Virus record (IMG/VR): IMGVR_UViG_3300045988_180769
Location: 32,001-96,000 of that record
Source: a virus
Reading direction: 5' to 3' (one strand)
Length of the DNA: 64,000 nt
The notes beneath the pieces are model-generated. The model saw only the letters and a program-made list of their open reading frames with translations, did no database searches and had not been told where the DNA came from. Of the stretch, positions 35,931 to 45,399 are shown in pieces. Positions within the stretch are counted from its first letter, which is position 1, and every line of letters begins with the position of its first letter. The position numbers and the translations under genes are program-made.

Positions 35931-38731
35931 TCTCTTTCTTCAGGTATTACAATTTTTCTTTTAAAAACTTTATTAAACCCTCTTATTATAGCCTTTTCTA
36001 CAGCTTTGTCAATATCCTGCATCATTTCAGGTTTATTGGCATCTTTATCTATTGGATCTGCTTTATAAATAGGACCATTTTCGTCAAAATATGTTCCCTT
36101 TCCTCTTTGATCGCCACCACCTCTTGTATTATTTGCTGTTTTACTCGTATTATCTCTAATCGCTTCTAATAAAGTTCTTAATTCTTTTGCTCCTAATCCA
36201 ATCTGCCTGTTTGTATCACTGGCCTGAAGTCGAGCTCCAGTCCCAACTGTTTGTTGAGCTTCAGTAGGTTCGTATGCTCTGTTTGGAGTTTCTCTTAATT
36301 TTTTAAGATCTTCTGCGATTCGATCAAAAATTCGATTTATAACATCTCCTGATTCTTCTCCAAAATCAAATTGTCTTCTAATATCCTGCCAACTCAAATT
36401 AGGAAACACTGACTTTAAAAGATTTATGAATTGCTCGTTGTTTTGAGAAAGATCTTTTAATTCTAATAAAAAATTCCTCATAAATTCTGGATCAGCATCT
36501 CCACTTCTAACCTGTTCAAGTTTTTCCATTGCTTCAGAATATGTCTGTACACCTGGATTAACTTTTGTTAGCGTTCTTAACAATAATGCCTGTGTTGCTT
36601 CATCTTGTGAAATTCCACTTCCTGAATAAGCCTCTTGAAATCGTTCTAACCTTCTACCACTAAAACTTGTTTCTGCTCTTACAGCATTCATAACAGCAGC
36701 AACTTTACCAGCGTCAAAATCACCTGCTTTTTCAAGAATACTATCTGCTCTTTTATTGAATGTCTCCATTGACTCTTCCATTGTAGAAGCAATTTCTCTG
36801 AAAGACATGTTCAACTCTCTCATGGTCTTTTCAAAAGATCTAATTATTCCTGAGGAGCCATAATTGGTATTTCTTTCACCAAATCGTAATGAACCTTGTA
36901 ATTTATCTGTGGCTGATGACGATATGCCAAACAATCTTTCTGCTGCGAGAGTCGATTTTCTTTCTTCCCATCCATATTGATCATATTCATTTGAACCCAA
37001 AGCTCGTCCACCTGCTGCTCTCGTTAATTCAGCATTACGCTGTAAAAAAGAACTTACATCCATACCAAGTGAATTCGCTGCATAACCACCTTCTCTAAAA
37101 GCAGTTTGCATTGATTGACCTGCTGTGCCTCCAAAAGTTTGTGTATATAAAGTATTTCTATTTTCTGCATCAAAATACTTTTGTATTGTTGCAACCATTT
37201 TATCTGCAGCTATATTTGCAGGTAATTCAATACTTCTCGCTATTGTACTTCCAATAATAGGAATCCATCGATACATATCAGCTTCATTCGCAGCTTCCAC
37301 TCTTTTTCTGTTTGCTGCAGTTTCAACTGTACCTTGATATTCTGCTCTTAAATCTGCTTCTTGATTTCTAAAATATCTATCTGTTAATGTGCTACCAATA
37401 TTTTTCAATGCTGATAATGCAGTACCAGCGATTCCAAGAGTTCCAAGTAATCTACCTATAGACATTCCTGAAAATGAGTTTCGACCTGAACCTCCTGAAC
37501 CACCTCCTGGAGTAGGAGTCGAACCTGAACCTCCTGAACCACCTCCTCTTCTCACTTCAACAATTTCTGTTTCAAGTTTATCAACATTATCTTCAATCAT
37601 AGAGATTGATTGAGATATAGTATCAAGATATCTATTTATTGACGTTCTACTTGAATTATTTGAATTTGCTTTTTCAAAATCTTTAAGAGCATCAATTATA
37701 TCCTTTCTCGATCCATTAACAGAACTATTTATTGCTGAAAGTGCTCTAAGAATGTTTGCATCGTCAAATGTTGACAATGGTTGTTGAAGTTGTGTTTCGC
37801 TTTGTCGAGATGTATCTGTTGATCGAGTTGCACTCTTATCGTCACTACTTTCTTCTTCGCGAACTACAACTTCTCTTTCAGGTTGCCTAACCTCAACAGG
37901 ATCTTTTTCTGTTAGAGTTGTTGTGTTTTCTCTAATGGTTTCAACATTACGCTCAATGTTTGTAATATTTTCTCTAAGATTCTCGCAACAAGAAGTGTTG
38001 TTAACTGTTTTTTCGCTGTTATTTTCAGTTATATTTGAATTATCAATTGTTTTGTTAGAATTATCTACATTCGTAACTGAATTATCAATATTCTCTACAT
38101 GACGATTGATTTCACGAAGTGTCTCTCTTTCTTCTTCTCTCGCTGACGATTTTCTTTTTGGCTTTTCAGGTTGTTCAACATTCCATGATACAGAATCACC
38201 TTCTTCACTTATAACTGGCTCTCTTGTTACAGGAGGCTTTGGCCTCTTTACTGGTTCAGCTTTTGGACCTGAAACATCCCAAGTGATAGAGTTCTCAGTT
38301 TGATTAATAATTGGTTCTTCTCTTCTTTGGGAAGGTTTTTGTTGTTCAATAGAAGATTCTCTGAGACTTTGTCTTTCTTCACTTGGTTGTTCAACAATTG
38401 GTTCTTCAACAATTGACTCTTCTCTTCTGGGTTTTGCTTCTTCAGGAATTTGAACTTCTTTTGGTGTTGTAACTGGAGTAATAGGTCTTTGTGGAACTTG
38501 GTTTTCAAGAGATAGTGCTTGTTTCTTTAAGTCTACAAGAAGTCTTTCCAACTCAACTCTACTTTCCATTAAAGAAAGTTGTTCTTTAAGTTGTTCTATA
38601 TTTCTTTCATTTTCTTGTGTACTTACAGAAGATGCTGTATTGATTTCTCTATATAAAGAAATAGCCTCTTCTCTTAACTGCCTTAGTGGAGAAGTATCTA
38701 CACCAACCCTTATTCTTTTATCTTCAGCCAT
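35927..38731 (-). CDS. tail tape measure protein
   Basis: 934 aa, directly after the two chaperone-position ORFs. N-terminal coiled coil, a P/E/K-rich segment, Asn/Ser-rich short repeats, Gly-rich GGGSGGSGSTPTPGGGSGGSG followed by the hydrophobic segment IGRLLGTLGIAGTALSAL, then a long helical C-terminal part. Confidence 0.75.
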   Translation of the reverse strand: MAEDKRIRVGVDTSPLRQLREEAISLYREINTASSVSTQENERNIEQLKEQLSLMESRVELERLLVDLKKQALSLENQVPQRPITPVTTPKEVQIPEEAKPRREESIVEEPIVEQPSEERQSLRESSIEQQKPSQRREEPIINQTENSITWDVSGPKAEPVKRPKPPVTREPVISEEGDSVSWNVEQPEKPKRKSSAREEERETLREINRHVENIDNSVTNVDNSNKTIDNSNITENNSEKTVNNTSCCENLRENITNIERNVETIRENTTTLTEKDPVEVRQPEREVVVREEESSDDKSATRSTDTSRQSETQLQQPLSTFDDANILRALSAINSSVNGSRKDIIDALKDFEKANSNNSSRTSINRYLDTISQSISMIEDNVDKLETEIVEVRRGGGSGGSGSTPTPGGGSGGSGRNSFSGMSIGRLLGTLGIAGTALSALKNIGSTLTDRYFRNQEADLRAEYQGTVETAANRKRVEAANEADMYRWIPIIGSTIARSIELPANIAADKMVATIQKYFDAENRNTLYTQTFGGTAGQSMQTAFREGGYAANSLGMDVSSFLQRNAELTRAAGGRALGSNEYDQYGWEERKSTLAAERLFGISSSATDKLQGSLRFGERNTNYGSSGIIRSFEKTMRELNMSFREIASTMEESMETFNKRADSILEKAGDFDAGKVAAVMNAVRAETSFSGRRLERFQEAYSGSGISQDEATQALLLRTLTKVNPGVQTYSEAMEKLEQVRSGDADPEFMRNFLLELKDLSQNNEQFINLLKSVFPNLSWQDIRRQFDFGEESGDVINRIFDRIAEDLKKLRETPNRAYEPTEAQQTVGTGARLQASDTNRQIGLGAKELRTLLEAIRDNTSKTANNTRGGGDQRGKGTYFDENGPIYKADPIDKDANKPEMMQDIDKAVEKAIIRGFNKVFKRKIVIPEERE

Positions 38732-39059
38732 TGTTCTCTTGTTCTGTATCTTCTTCGAATTTTTCTAACTCTGCAGCCTCTGCTCTGAACCTTTCAATAT
38801 CATCTTGATTGATTTCTTCAGAATAATCTCTTTTCAGCCATTCTCCTATATTAGGTGTATATGGATCATCATTATCTTGTTCTTTTATTGCCTTCGCAAA
38901 AAACACATCTTCTTGATACTCCATCATCTGTGCTGTAAAAGAACATTCCCTATGTTCAGATGATAAAAAAGAAACGTTATGCTTTTTTCGCCACCATCTG
39001 TCTATAGGGAACTTCTCATTCCATTGAATCATAAAAGTTTGTAATTCATCAATGGTCAT
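38724..39059 (-). CDS. tail assembly chaperone-position protein 2 (111 aa)
   Basis: Acidic small ORF between the tube and tape measure genes. Overlaps the tape measure start by 8 nt. In the same reading frame as the preceding 111-aa ORF. Confidence 0.5.
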   Translation of the reverse strand: MTIDELQTFMIQWNEKFPIDRWWRKKHNVSFLSSEHRECSFTAQMMEYQEDVFFAKAIKEQDNDDPYTPNIGEWLKRDYSEEINQDDIERFRAEAAELEKFEEDTEQENNG

Positions 39060-39071
39060 TTTTGTCTCAAA

Positions 39072-39407
39072 TTAAGTTATTCTCAATATCTCGTGGATTT
39101 CTTTTAAGAAAGGATAAATCTCCTCATCATAAATTTTTCTGACCTCAACATAATCTTTCAATCCAAGATCTTTGAATCTCGTAACTTTCAAGTCACTGAC
39201 CAAATCAGGCAACAATACTGATATTGTGGCTTCGATATCAATCATATCCAATGCATCTTGTGCTGCCTTTGTTTTATTACCTAACAAAGCATTATAGAAA
39301 CCTTTTCCCAATGCTTGTTTTGTTGCTTCAATATTATAATATTGACCAACTGTAGGGAAGGAAAGTTTGTATTCCTTCCCCTTAACTCTTATGATCTTTT
39401 CGTCCAT
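39072..39407 (-). CDS. tail assembly chaperone-position protein 1 (111 aa)
   Basis: Small ORF immediately after the tube gene, the canonical gpG-like position. Confidence 0.5.
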   Translation of the reverse strand: MDEKIIRVKGKEYKLSFPTVGQYYNIEATKQALGKGFYNALLGNKTKAAQDALDMIDIEATISVLLPDLVSDLKVTRFKDLGLKDYVEVRKIYDEEIYPFLKEIHEILRIT

Positions 39408-39424
39408 ATTGTTATATTACAAAA

Positions 39425-39907
39425 TTATAATTCCAATGTTGAAATTGGGTTCAAGTAGATACCACTGATGTTATATCCTGCGACACCACCTTCAGCTAAA
39501 CTAAACTGTTGATTGTTTACAAAACATGGATTCAGTAGTGCCATTGTTTGTCCAGTAGGATCAACTGATGTAACCATCTTTGTGTTGGAATCTTGTGACT
39601 GGATCGTTTTCGAATAAATCGCCAACGCAAATCCAAGTTCACCTAACACTAAGGTGTCAACAATCGCTTTTACAGACCCAAGTCTATGCATCATACCTTC
39701 CAAAACTGGCTGTTTGAAGTCTAAAAAGAACTGGTCTACTGTAAAAGTACATTGGTATCCAACTGGAGGAACTTCCTGAAGTAATAAACTTCCTAAACCC
39801 TGTACATTCGCACGCGAAATTTGCTCTGCGAATTGCAGATTTCTTACATAACCTGCAACTTTGTTGTCTATCTTAATATACGCCTTTGGCGCTGTAAAAG
39901 TTGGCAT
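39425..39907 (-). CDS. tail tube protein
   Basis: 160-aa beta-rich ORF directly downstream of the sheath gene. Confidence 0.65.
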   Translation of the reverse strand: MPTFTAPKAYIKIDNKVAGYVRNLQFAEQISRANVQGLGSLLLQEVPPVGYQCTFTVDQFFLDFKQPVLEGMMHRLGSVKAIVDTLVLGELGFALAIYSKTIQSQDSNTKMVTSVDPTGQTMALLNPCFVNNQQFSLAEGGVAGYNISGIYLNPISTLEL

Positions 39908-39923
39908 AGTCTTAATTTTTTAA

Positions 39924-41570
39924 TTATCCTCGAATTAAGTAACCAGTAAAGAACAACTTCGTAATTTCATTGTTCACTACTATTTTATAAGTTGTAAAGT
40001 AAGCATCGTCTTTGCGAACTGTAACAACATCCTTGAATGACAGTAACAAATTATCTTGTTCATCTGTTGCTGTTCTTCCCTGCAAATATGCAACAGTCCA
40101 ATCTTTAACAGCCCCTGCTGTAAGAGTATTGGCATTAACACCATTTTCTTGACCTAAAAGATCAATAGATGCATTAACGATCAATTCTTTATTGATCTGT
40201 GCTACAACTCTCATGAACTGAATTGAATAAGATTGTCCTTTTGCATTGAACAAGTTTGCATTGTCCTGTAAAGTATTGACACCTTGAAGAACATTGAAAC
40301 GACCAGTGTAATCGTTCAATACTGTAACAAGAACACCATATTTCAATGCTTTCTTCTTTTCAGACTCTGACAAGATATGTTTTACACGATCTACACCAAT
40401 CGTCTTAAATGTAACAGGAACATAAGGTGGCTTTCCAGATACACGACCAACAATTGCACAAAGATTATAAATCGCAGGCCACCAGCGAATCTTTTGTGCG
40501 TCAAATGCTGAAACAACTCCTACTCCACTATGAACAACTTGTACATAAGGATTATTCATTGCGACAGCAATATCGATCGACTGTTGATATTGTGCAGCTT
40601 CATCATAACCTGCCAAATACAAGAAATGATCAAACTTAGCCTCTTTCATGTGAGTCAAGTAAGAACGAGTTGTTGGAGAATTTGCATTCGCACCAACCTG
40701 ATCCAAAATGATTGCACTATAATCCATACCAGTAATTTGTTCCAATACAGCCTGAAAATCTGTTGAACTGAATGATTCAGTAGCTCCAGTAGCAAGGATA
40801 TATGGTTTGCCATCAAGTGCTGCAGTAATATCGGCCTGTGTAATTGTACCATCACCTTCAACCTTTGAAGAAGGATCAAGAACAAATGCCAAACCAAAAT
40901 TTGAATCATTAGTTGCCCAATCGATCAATTCCTGAACATTATTGAACTCAGGTGATTCAAGTACCAATTCTGGATCAGCATTTTCCTGAGTAAGATCGCC
41001 ATAAGGCAGTCCATCAGTATATGTTCCAGTATAAGTACCTCTCCAGAATTGTGCAATCCATTTTGTATTGTCTTCAACTCCAGGAATAAATGTCAATCCA
41101 TAACCAAGTGTTAAAATTGGATTGCTTTCACCAAACAATGTTCCATTTGCAACTAAACCTTCATCGAGAGTTTTTACAGCAAACGTTCCACCTGCTGTTG
41201 TTGTTAATGTAATTGTTGCACCAGTTGTCGTTGCTGCACGAACAAACTCAATCTCTGAAATACCAATAGCATCTGGATTGGTAGGATCTGGATCAAACAA
41301 CGCTTCCGCTGCCTTCCACCACATTCCTCCTTTCATGAAACCTCTGAAATCAGAAAGATTGTCAAAAATATAAATGGAGTTTTGTCCTTGTGTATTTTCT
41401 CCATTTATACCAGCACCACCACCAAAACCTGCTGAGTATGTACCAGTATCAATTACAAGTACTTTTCCATAATCAAGATTACGAGCAGGACTTGACTCTC
41501 CACTTACAATGGTGCTATAAACACCAGGAAGAGAAATTTGTCTATTATTAAAATAAAACGTTGAACTCAT
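39924..41570 (-). CDS. contractile tail sheath protein
   Basis: N-terminus MSSTFYFNNRQISLPGVYSTIV carries the sheath-type PGVY motif. About 548 aa, followed by the tube gene. The track start at 41606 is a TTG lying inside the predicted promoter, so the ATG at 41570 is preferred. Confidence 0.8.
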   Translation of the reverse strand: MSSTFYFNNRQISLPGVYSTIVSGESSPARNLDYGKVLVIDTGTYSAGFGGGAGINGENTQGQNSIYIFDNLSDFRGFMKGGMWWKAAEALFDPDPTNPDAIGISEIEFVRAATTTGATITLTTTAGGTFAVKTLDEGLVANGTLFGESNPILTLGYGLTFIPGVEDNTKWIAQFWRGTYTGTYTDGLPYGDLTQENADPELVLESPEFNNVQELIDWATNDSNFGLAFVLDPSSKVEGDGTITQADITAALDGKPYILATGATESFSSTDFQAVLEQITGMDYSAIILDQVGANANSPTTRSYLTHMKEAKFDHFLYLAGYDEAAQYQQSIDIAVAMNNPYVQVVHSGVGVVSAFDAQKIRWWPAIYNLCAIVGRVSGKPPYVPVTFKTIGVDRVKHILSESEKKKALKYGVLVTVLNDYTGRFNVLQGVNTLQDNANLFNAKGQSYSIQFMRVVAQINKELIVNASIDLLGQENGVNANTLTAGAVKDWTVAYLQGRTATDEQDNLLLSFKDVVTVRKDDAYFTTYKIVVNNEITKLFFTGYLIRG

Positions 41571-41611
41571 AAAACATGAATTAAAATTTATACGAAATTT
41601 ATTCAAACACC

Positions 41612-41642
41612 TAAATATCTACACTATTTCTGAATCTACAAA
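41612..41642 (-). promoter_or_regulatory. promoter candidate (TTTG-N19-GATATTTA) upstream of the sheath gene
   Basis: Minus strand reads TTTGTAGATTCAGAAATAGTGTAGATATTTAGG, in the 41571-41659 gap. Confidence 0.45.
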
Positions 41643-41659
41643 ATAATTTGCCTTAAAAC

Positions 41660-42352
41660 TTAAACTATTTCAGACTCAACACCAGGTAGATCATAATCTC
41701 TTGTATAATTTTCACCAATAATCGCTGCTTTTCCTGCGTCTTCAAACAAAACTTTGTTCAAAAATTCAGTATTGATTAATGATGAAACGATCTGCTCAGA
41801 AGATAACTCCATTCGAATCGACCTTATAAAAATTGGAAGTGGAATAAGATCAGTTTGTGCCATAACCTCTGTCATGTTTATCTCTACTGTACTATAATAG
41901 TTTGCTAACCAATTGTACGACCCAAGAAGAAGTGCATATAAAACTTCAGACAACAATATGCTTTCCAAAATGTTATCTGAAAGACACATTATCTCTATCA
42001 CTTCTTCTCTACTATCTCTTATTTCCCATGCTCCATCTGGAAATATGCTTCCAGTCATTTTTCCAATAGAATTAGCAGGTCCTTTTGATTTTCCTGGCTC
42101 TCTAATTACATAACATGGTAAAGATGTTTTGTCCTTTGGAAATTCAAGACTAACAGTGATTTTCCTTGGATTAGATTGACTTCTTGTAAAAAGACTTTTG
42201 GCTTGTATATAGAAGTCAAAGTTACCATCTTTTGTTCCATTAAGCAATTTATAGAGAAAAGTGTCTTCCTCTGCTTTTCCACTTTTATATTCTAATGGAA
42301 TATATTCAAGTACTCGTAGAACGAGGTCTTTTATTCGAATTATTTCAATCAT
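41660..42352 (-). CDS. hypothetical neck/tail-completion region protein (230 aa)
   Basis: ATG-initiated ORF between the head and tail modules. No motif recognised. Confidence 0.5.
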   Translation of the reverse strand: MIEIIRIKDLVLRVLEYIPLEYKSGKAEEDTFLYKLLNGTKDGNFDFYIQAKSLFTRSQSNPRKITVSLEFPKDKTSLPCYVIREPGKSKGPANSIGKMTGSIFPDGAWEIRDSREEVIEIMCLSDNILESILLSEVLYALLLGSYNWLANYYSTVEINMTEVMAQTDLIPLPIFIRSIRMELSSEQIVSSLINTEFLNKVLFEDAGKAAIIGENYTRDYDLPGVESEIV

Positions 42353-42353
42353 C

Positions 42354-43142
42354 TTATCTATTTTCTAATATTGATTTTAATGTCTCGTCAATCGCCATAT
42401 CTGCAACTGTTTCAATGTTTGCAGATTCGAGAGCTCTATCCATAAGATGTTTTGCTACGATACCACCATTGAACCAACTGTTTGGATCAGATTTATCACT
42501 CACTCTTCTGAATGTCATATATTCTCCTCTGTTTTCTTTTTCAGAACTTGAGGCTTTTACTCTTACCAATCCTTCATATTTTGCAGCTTTGTGAACATAT
42601 TCAGGAACTTTTAATCCAGGCAAATTTATTTCTGCTCTCGACCCTGGAAGTTGATATTGAGATGGAAGTTGTGATCTTTTTAATGGTTGTGGTGAAGTTT
42701 TTGCTAAATTATAGACTTCTTTTGGCATTATAGAGGAAAATATTCCAGATTCTGCAATCGCTTGTGGTGTTGCATGTCGAAAGGGAATTGTTAAATACCA
42801 ACCAAGTCCATCTTTCTTGATCTTGGTCTTATTTGATTTTTGAAATCCAATTTTCTCGTCAAATGGTGCAGCACCTTCTTCAACCATAAGAGCTAATTTA
42901 CTGGCTCTCGCTGAAAGACCAAAGATTACTTCAAGTCCTGATGGTCTCTCTATATAAATTGCTCTTCTATATTCTTCTCTCGATTGTTTTAATTCTGTAT
43001 CAATAAGTTTGTTCCATCTCGAACTATATTCTTGAACAATCCTATCTATAATGGCAGTTCCAAGTAAATCAGCTTCCCCTTGTCCAAGATTAAATTCTTC
43101 AACAACTTCACTTAAATCTATTCTTATGGGGAGTCCTGTCAT
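42354..43142 (-). CDS. hypothetical neck-region protein (262 aa)
   Basis: ATG-initiated ORF abutting its neighbours. No motif recognised. Confidence 0.5.
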   Translation of the reverse strand: MTGLPIRIDLSEVVEEFNLGQGEADLLGTAIIDRIVQEYSSRWNKLIDTELKQSREEYRRAIYIERPSGLEVIFGLSARASKLALMVEEGAAPFDEKIGFQKSNKTKIKKDGLGWYLTIPFRHATPQAIAESGIFSSIMPKEVYNLAKTSPQPLKRSQLPSQYQLPGSRAEINLPGLKVPEYVHKAAKYEGLVRVKASSSEKENRGEYMTFRRVSDKSDPNSWFNGGIVAKHLMDRALESANIETVADMAIDETLKSILENR

Positions 43143-43915
43143 ATATTATCATTAATAATTACACCACTACCATCAAAATTTGGTTTCTCTATCGCAATCA
43201 AATGACTTCTTCTCGCTATCGCTTGTAAAGGAAGTTTTATTTCGAACATTTGCCCTGTTTTTCTGTTAGTATTCCAAGATGATCTTATCTCATGAGGAAG
43301 ATCTAATACATGATATTCAGGACAATGTTTATAATAAACGCTTACAAAATTGTTAGAAGGTAATTCATCTAAATCCAAAATCAAACAATAAGGATTGTTT
43401 TCACTCACATGAGCTGCATTCGTTTTTTGAAGTTTTTCATTAGATGAAACAAAAGTATACATTCCTAATAAACTTTCAACTTGATATGTTGTAAAAACAA
43501 AATAAACATCACCATCACTTCGAATTTCCAAGTTTTCACTGAAATAAGAAATCTCTGACATAAATTTTATTCTGTCAAAATAGGAGAGATTGACTTTATC
43601 AACTTCCATTACAGTAATAGCAATTGTTCCAAGGAGTTCTTCAGACCAAGTCTTATATTGATTGTTTTGATTAACTCCTGTAATGAGTCCTTTTGTCTTT
43701 ACTGGATTTACATAGAAATATCCTGTTCCAAAGCAATTTTGACAATCAATCAGCGGAACTTCTTTTCCATGACATGGACATCTCATCGCTCTTTCTAAAA
43801 TCACATCATAACCTTTCGCCCAAATCGCCTGATCGAAATCAGGCTTAATGAATTCAGGTCTAAAGTTACTGAGACCAGGTGATTTTTGATTTAATATGTT
43901 TTTTGACTCTGCCAT
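43139..43915 (-). CDS. hypothetical neck-region protein with a Cys4 (DnaJ-like CxxCxGxG) motif
   Basis: RCPCHGKEVPLIDCQNCFGTGYFYV near the N-terminus. ATGA overlap with the downstream gene. Confidence 0.5.
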   Translation of the reverse strand: MAESKNILNQKSPGLSNFRPEFIKPDFDQAIWAKGYDVILERAMRCPCHGKEVPLIDCQNCFGTGYFYVNPVKTKGLITGVNQNNQYKTWSEELLGTIAITVMEVDKVNLSYFDRIKFMSEISYFSENLEIRSDGDVYFVFTTYQVESLLGMYTFVSSNEKLQKTNAAHVSENNPYCLILDLDELPSNNFVSVYYKHCPEYHVLDLPHEIRSSWNTNRKTGQMFEIKLPLQAIARRSHLIAIEKPNFDGSGVIINDNI

Positions 43916-43917
43916 AA

Positions 43918-44586
43918 TTATATTAAGTGTTTTTGTACTTTTGGTGAAGAAAGCGCTTTTTGAATTCTTTCCTGAATAGAATTAATATCTTTTTTATAAA
44001 TCCAAACATATCCATTACAAGAATTGAACTCTCCTTTGCAACATTTACCTATACTCATGTTATCAAATCCTAATTCTCTTTTAATTTGATTTCTACTATT
44101 CCAACTTTTAACAAAATTTCCCTTTAAATCATATTGCAACACTTCCTCTCTATTCTTATGACCTAAAGAAAGATTTAATTTTTCTTCTTCTGTATGAAGA
44201 ATCCCTTTGTTCCAGACTCCTTTTATTTTTGCTCTTAATTTGATTTTTTCAGAAATTGAATTTCGAACTTCTAATGTAGGATTACTTTGACCATCTCCTC
44301 CAAAAGTGTTGTTTGTTAAATTAAATCCAAAACTCTTATACAAAGCTATATAATGTATTTCCCAAAAATTAGAATCTGATTCTTCTACTATATCTATAAT
44401 ATTCATCAAAGGTCTAATATTTTGTTTTAAAAGAGATCTGATCCAAGCTAATTTTTTAGATGTAGTTTTGCATTCAGAATCATAAATATGTCTTTTTAAT
44501 CTTTGTTTAAGATTAATAGTCTTCCCAATGTAACGAATGTTGTTTTTAGGATACTCTAAACTATATATGAAAACTTTTCTTTCCAT
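43918..44586 (-). CDS. GIY-YIG homing endonuclease
   Basis: N-terminal VFIYSLEYPKNNIRYIGKTINLKQRLKRHIYDS (GIY...YIG...R...H). C-terminal putative DNA-binding part ends in CCKGEFNSCNGYVWIYK. Free-standing gene inserted among structural genes. Confidence 0.8.
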   Translation of the reverse strand: MERKVFIYSLEYPKNNIRYIGKTINLKQRLKRHIYDSECKTTSKKLAWIRSLLKQNIRPLMNIIDIVEESDSNFWEIHYIALYKSFGFNLTNNTFGGDGQSNPTLEVRNSISEKIKLRAKIKGVWNKGILHTEEEKLNLSLGHKNREEVLQYDLKGNFVKSWNSRNQIKRELGFDNMSIGKCCKGEFNSCNGYVWIYKKDINSIQERIQKALSSPKVQKHLI

Positions 44587-45389
44587 TATATGACTCTAAA
44601 TTTAACTTCGTCATAAACTAATTTAAGCCTACCAACAGTTTCTTTAATCTCTTTCTGATAATTTATTAAACGTGCTCCGTAACCAGCATTTTCAGCGGAT
44701 GATGTTGTTGAAATGCTTTGACTCAAACCATCAATACTTAAAGATTGTGATGCAATACCTGCTGTTCCTAATATCAAGTCACCAGCGATATTCAATGGGC
44801 CAAAAGAAGCAGTCATTCCAACAACATTCAGCAAATCCATTGGCATTTGATCAATATCCCATCCTGTGATATATTGTATTCTCCAATAATCAGGTATATA
44901 ATCAAATCTTTGCATTCCCACTTGAGAAGTAATGCCAGTCAAAATGACCTGTGCATTTCCTTGTGTAGTAGAAGCTCCAGTTGGAACAACACTTATTCTT
45001 CTCTTACCTTGTCCCATCACAAGATCGTATTCACAAAACAACCATCCTTGAGGATAGATAATCTGTTCCATTTTATTAAGCATACCAATCATTGATAATG
45101 GGTCACGAACAGGATAATTTGTTTGCAAAATAGGGAATTGTTGCCAATAATCTTGTCTGTAGTAAGTTAACGATTGATCAACTAACTGCTTACAGAATTT
45201 AAGATTAAACCAATTTTCAACTTGTCGTTGTGCCATTTCGATATATTTTCTCATAGCAACATTTGAAAAAACTGATCCTTCTCCTCCTTGGATTTTAATT
45301 CCATACAGATACAGAGCCCACATTTCTGCAACAGAAAATACAAGTCCTGTATTCTTTTTATATTTTATTGTAAGTGTTAGTTGAGCCAT
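44586..45389 (-). CDS. hypothetical head-completion/adaptor region protein (267 aa)
   Basis: ATG-initiated ORF. TAATG overlap with the GIY-YIG gene. No motif recognised. Confidence 0.5.
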   Translation of the reverse strand: MAQLTLTIKYKKNTGLVFSVAEMWALYLYGIKIQGGEGSVFSNVAMRKYIEMAQRQVENWFNLKFCKQLVDQSLTYYRQDYWQQFPILQTNYPVRDPLSMIGMLNKMEQIIYPQGWLFCEYDLVMGQGKRRISVVPTGASTTQGNAQVILTGITSQVGMQRFDYIPDYWRIQYITGWDIDQMPMDLLNVVGMTASFGPLNIAGDLILGTAGIASQSLSIDGLSQSISTTSSAENAGYGARLINYQKEIKETVGRLKLVYDEVKFRVI

Positions 45390-45399
45390 AACTTTTGAA

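Noticed and set aside
41571-41606. N-terminal extensions in the ORF track that start at TTG or GTG: sheath at 41606, portal at 59121, MazG at 1472, the Trp-rich ORF at 61132, and the 162-aa ORF at 4855.
   Set aside because: The plus-strand triplets at those positions are caa or cac, not cat. The extensions overlap upstream genes or predicted promoters. Downstream ATGs give typical N-termini, for example MSSTFYF...PGVY for the sheath.
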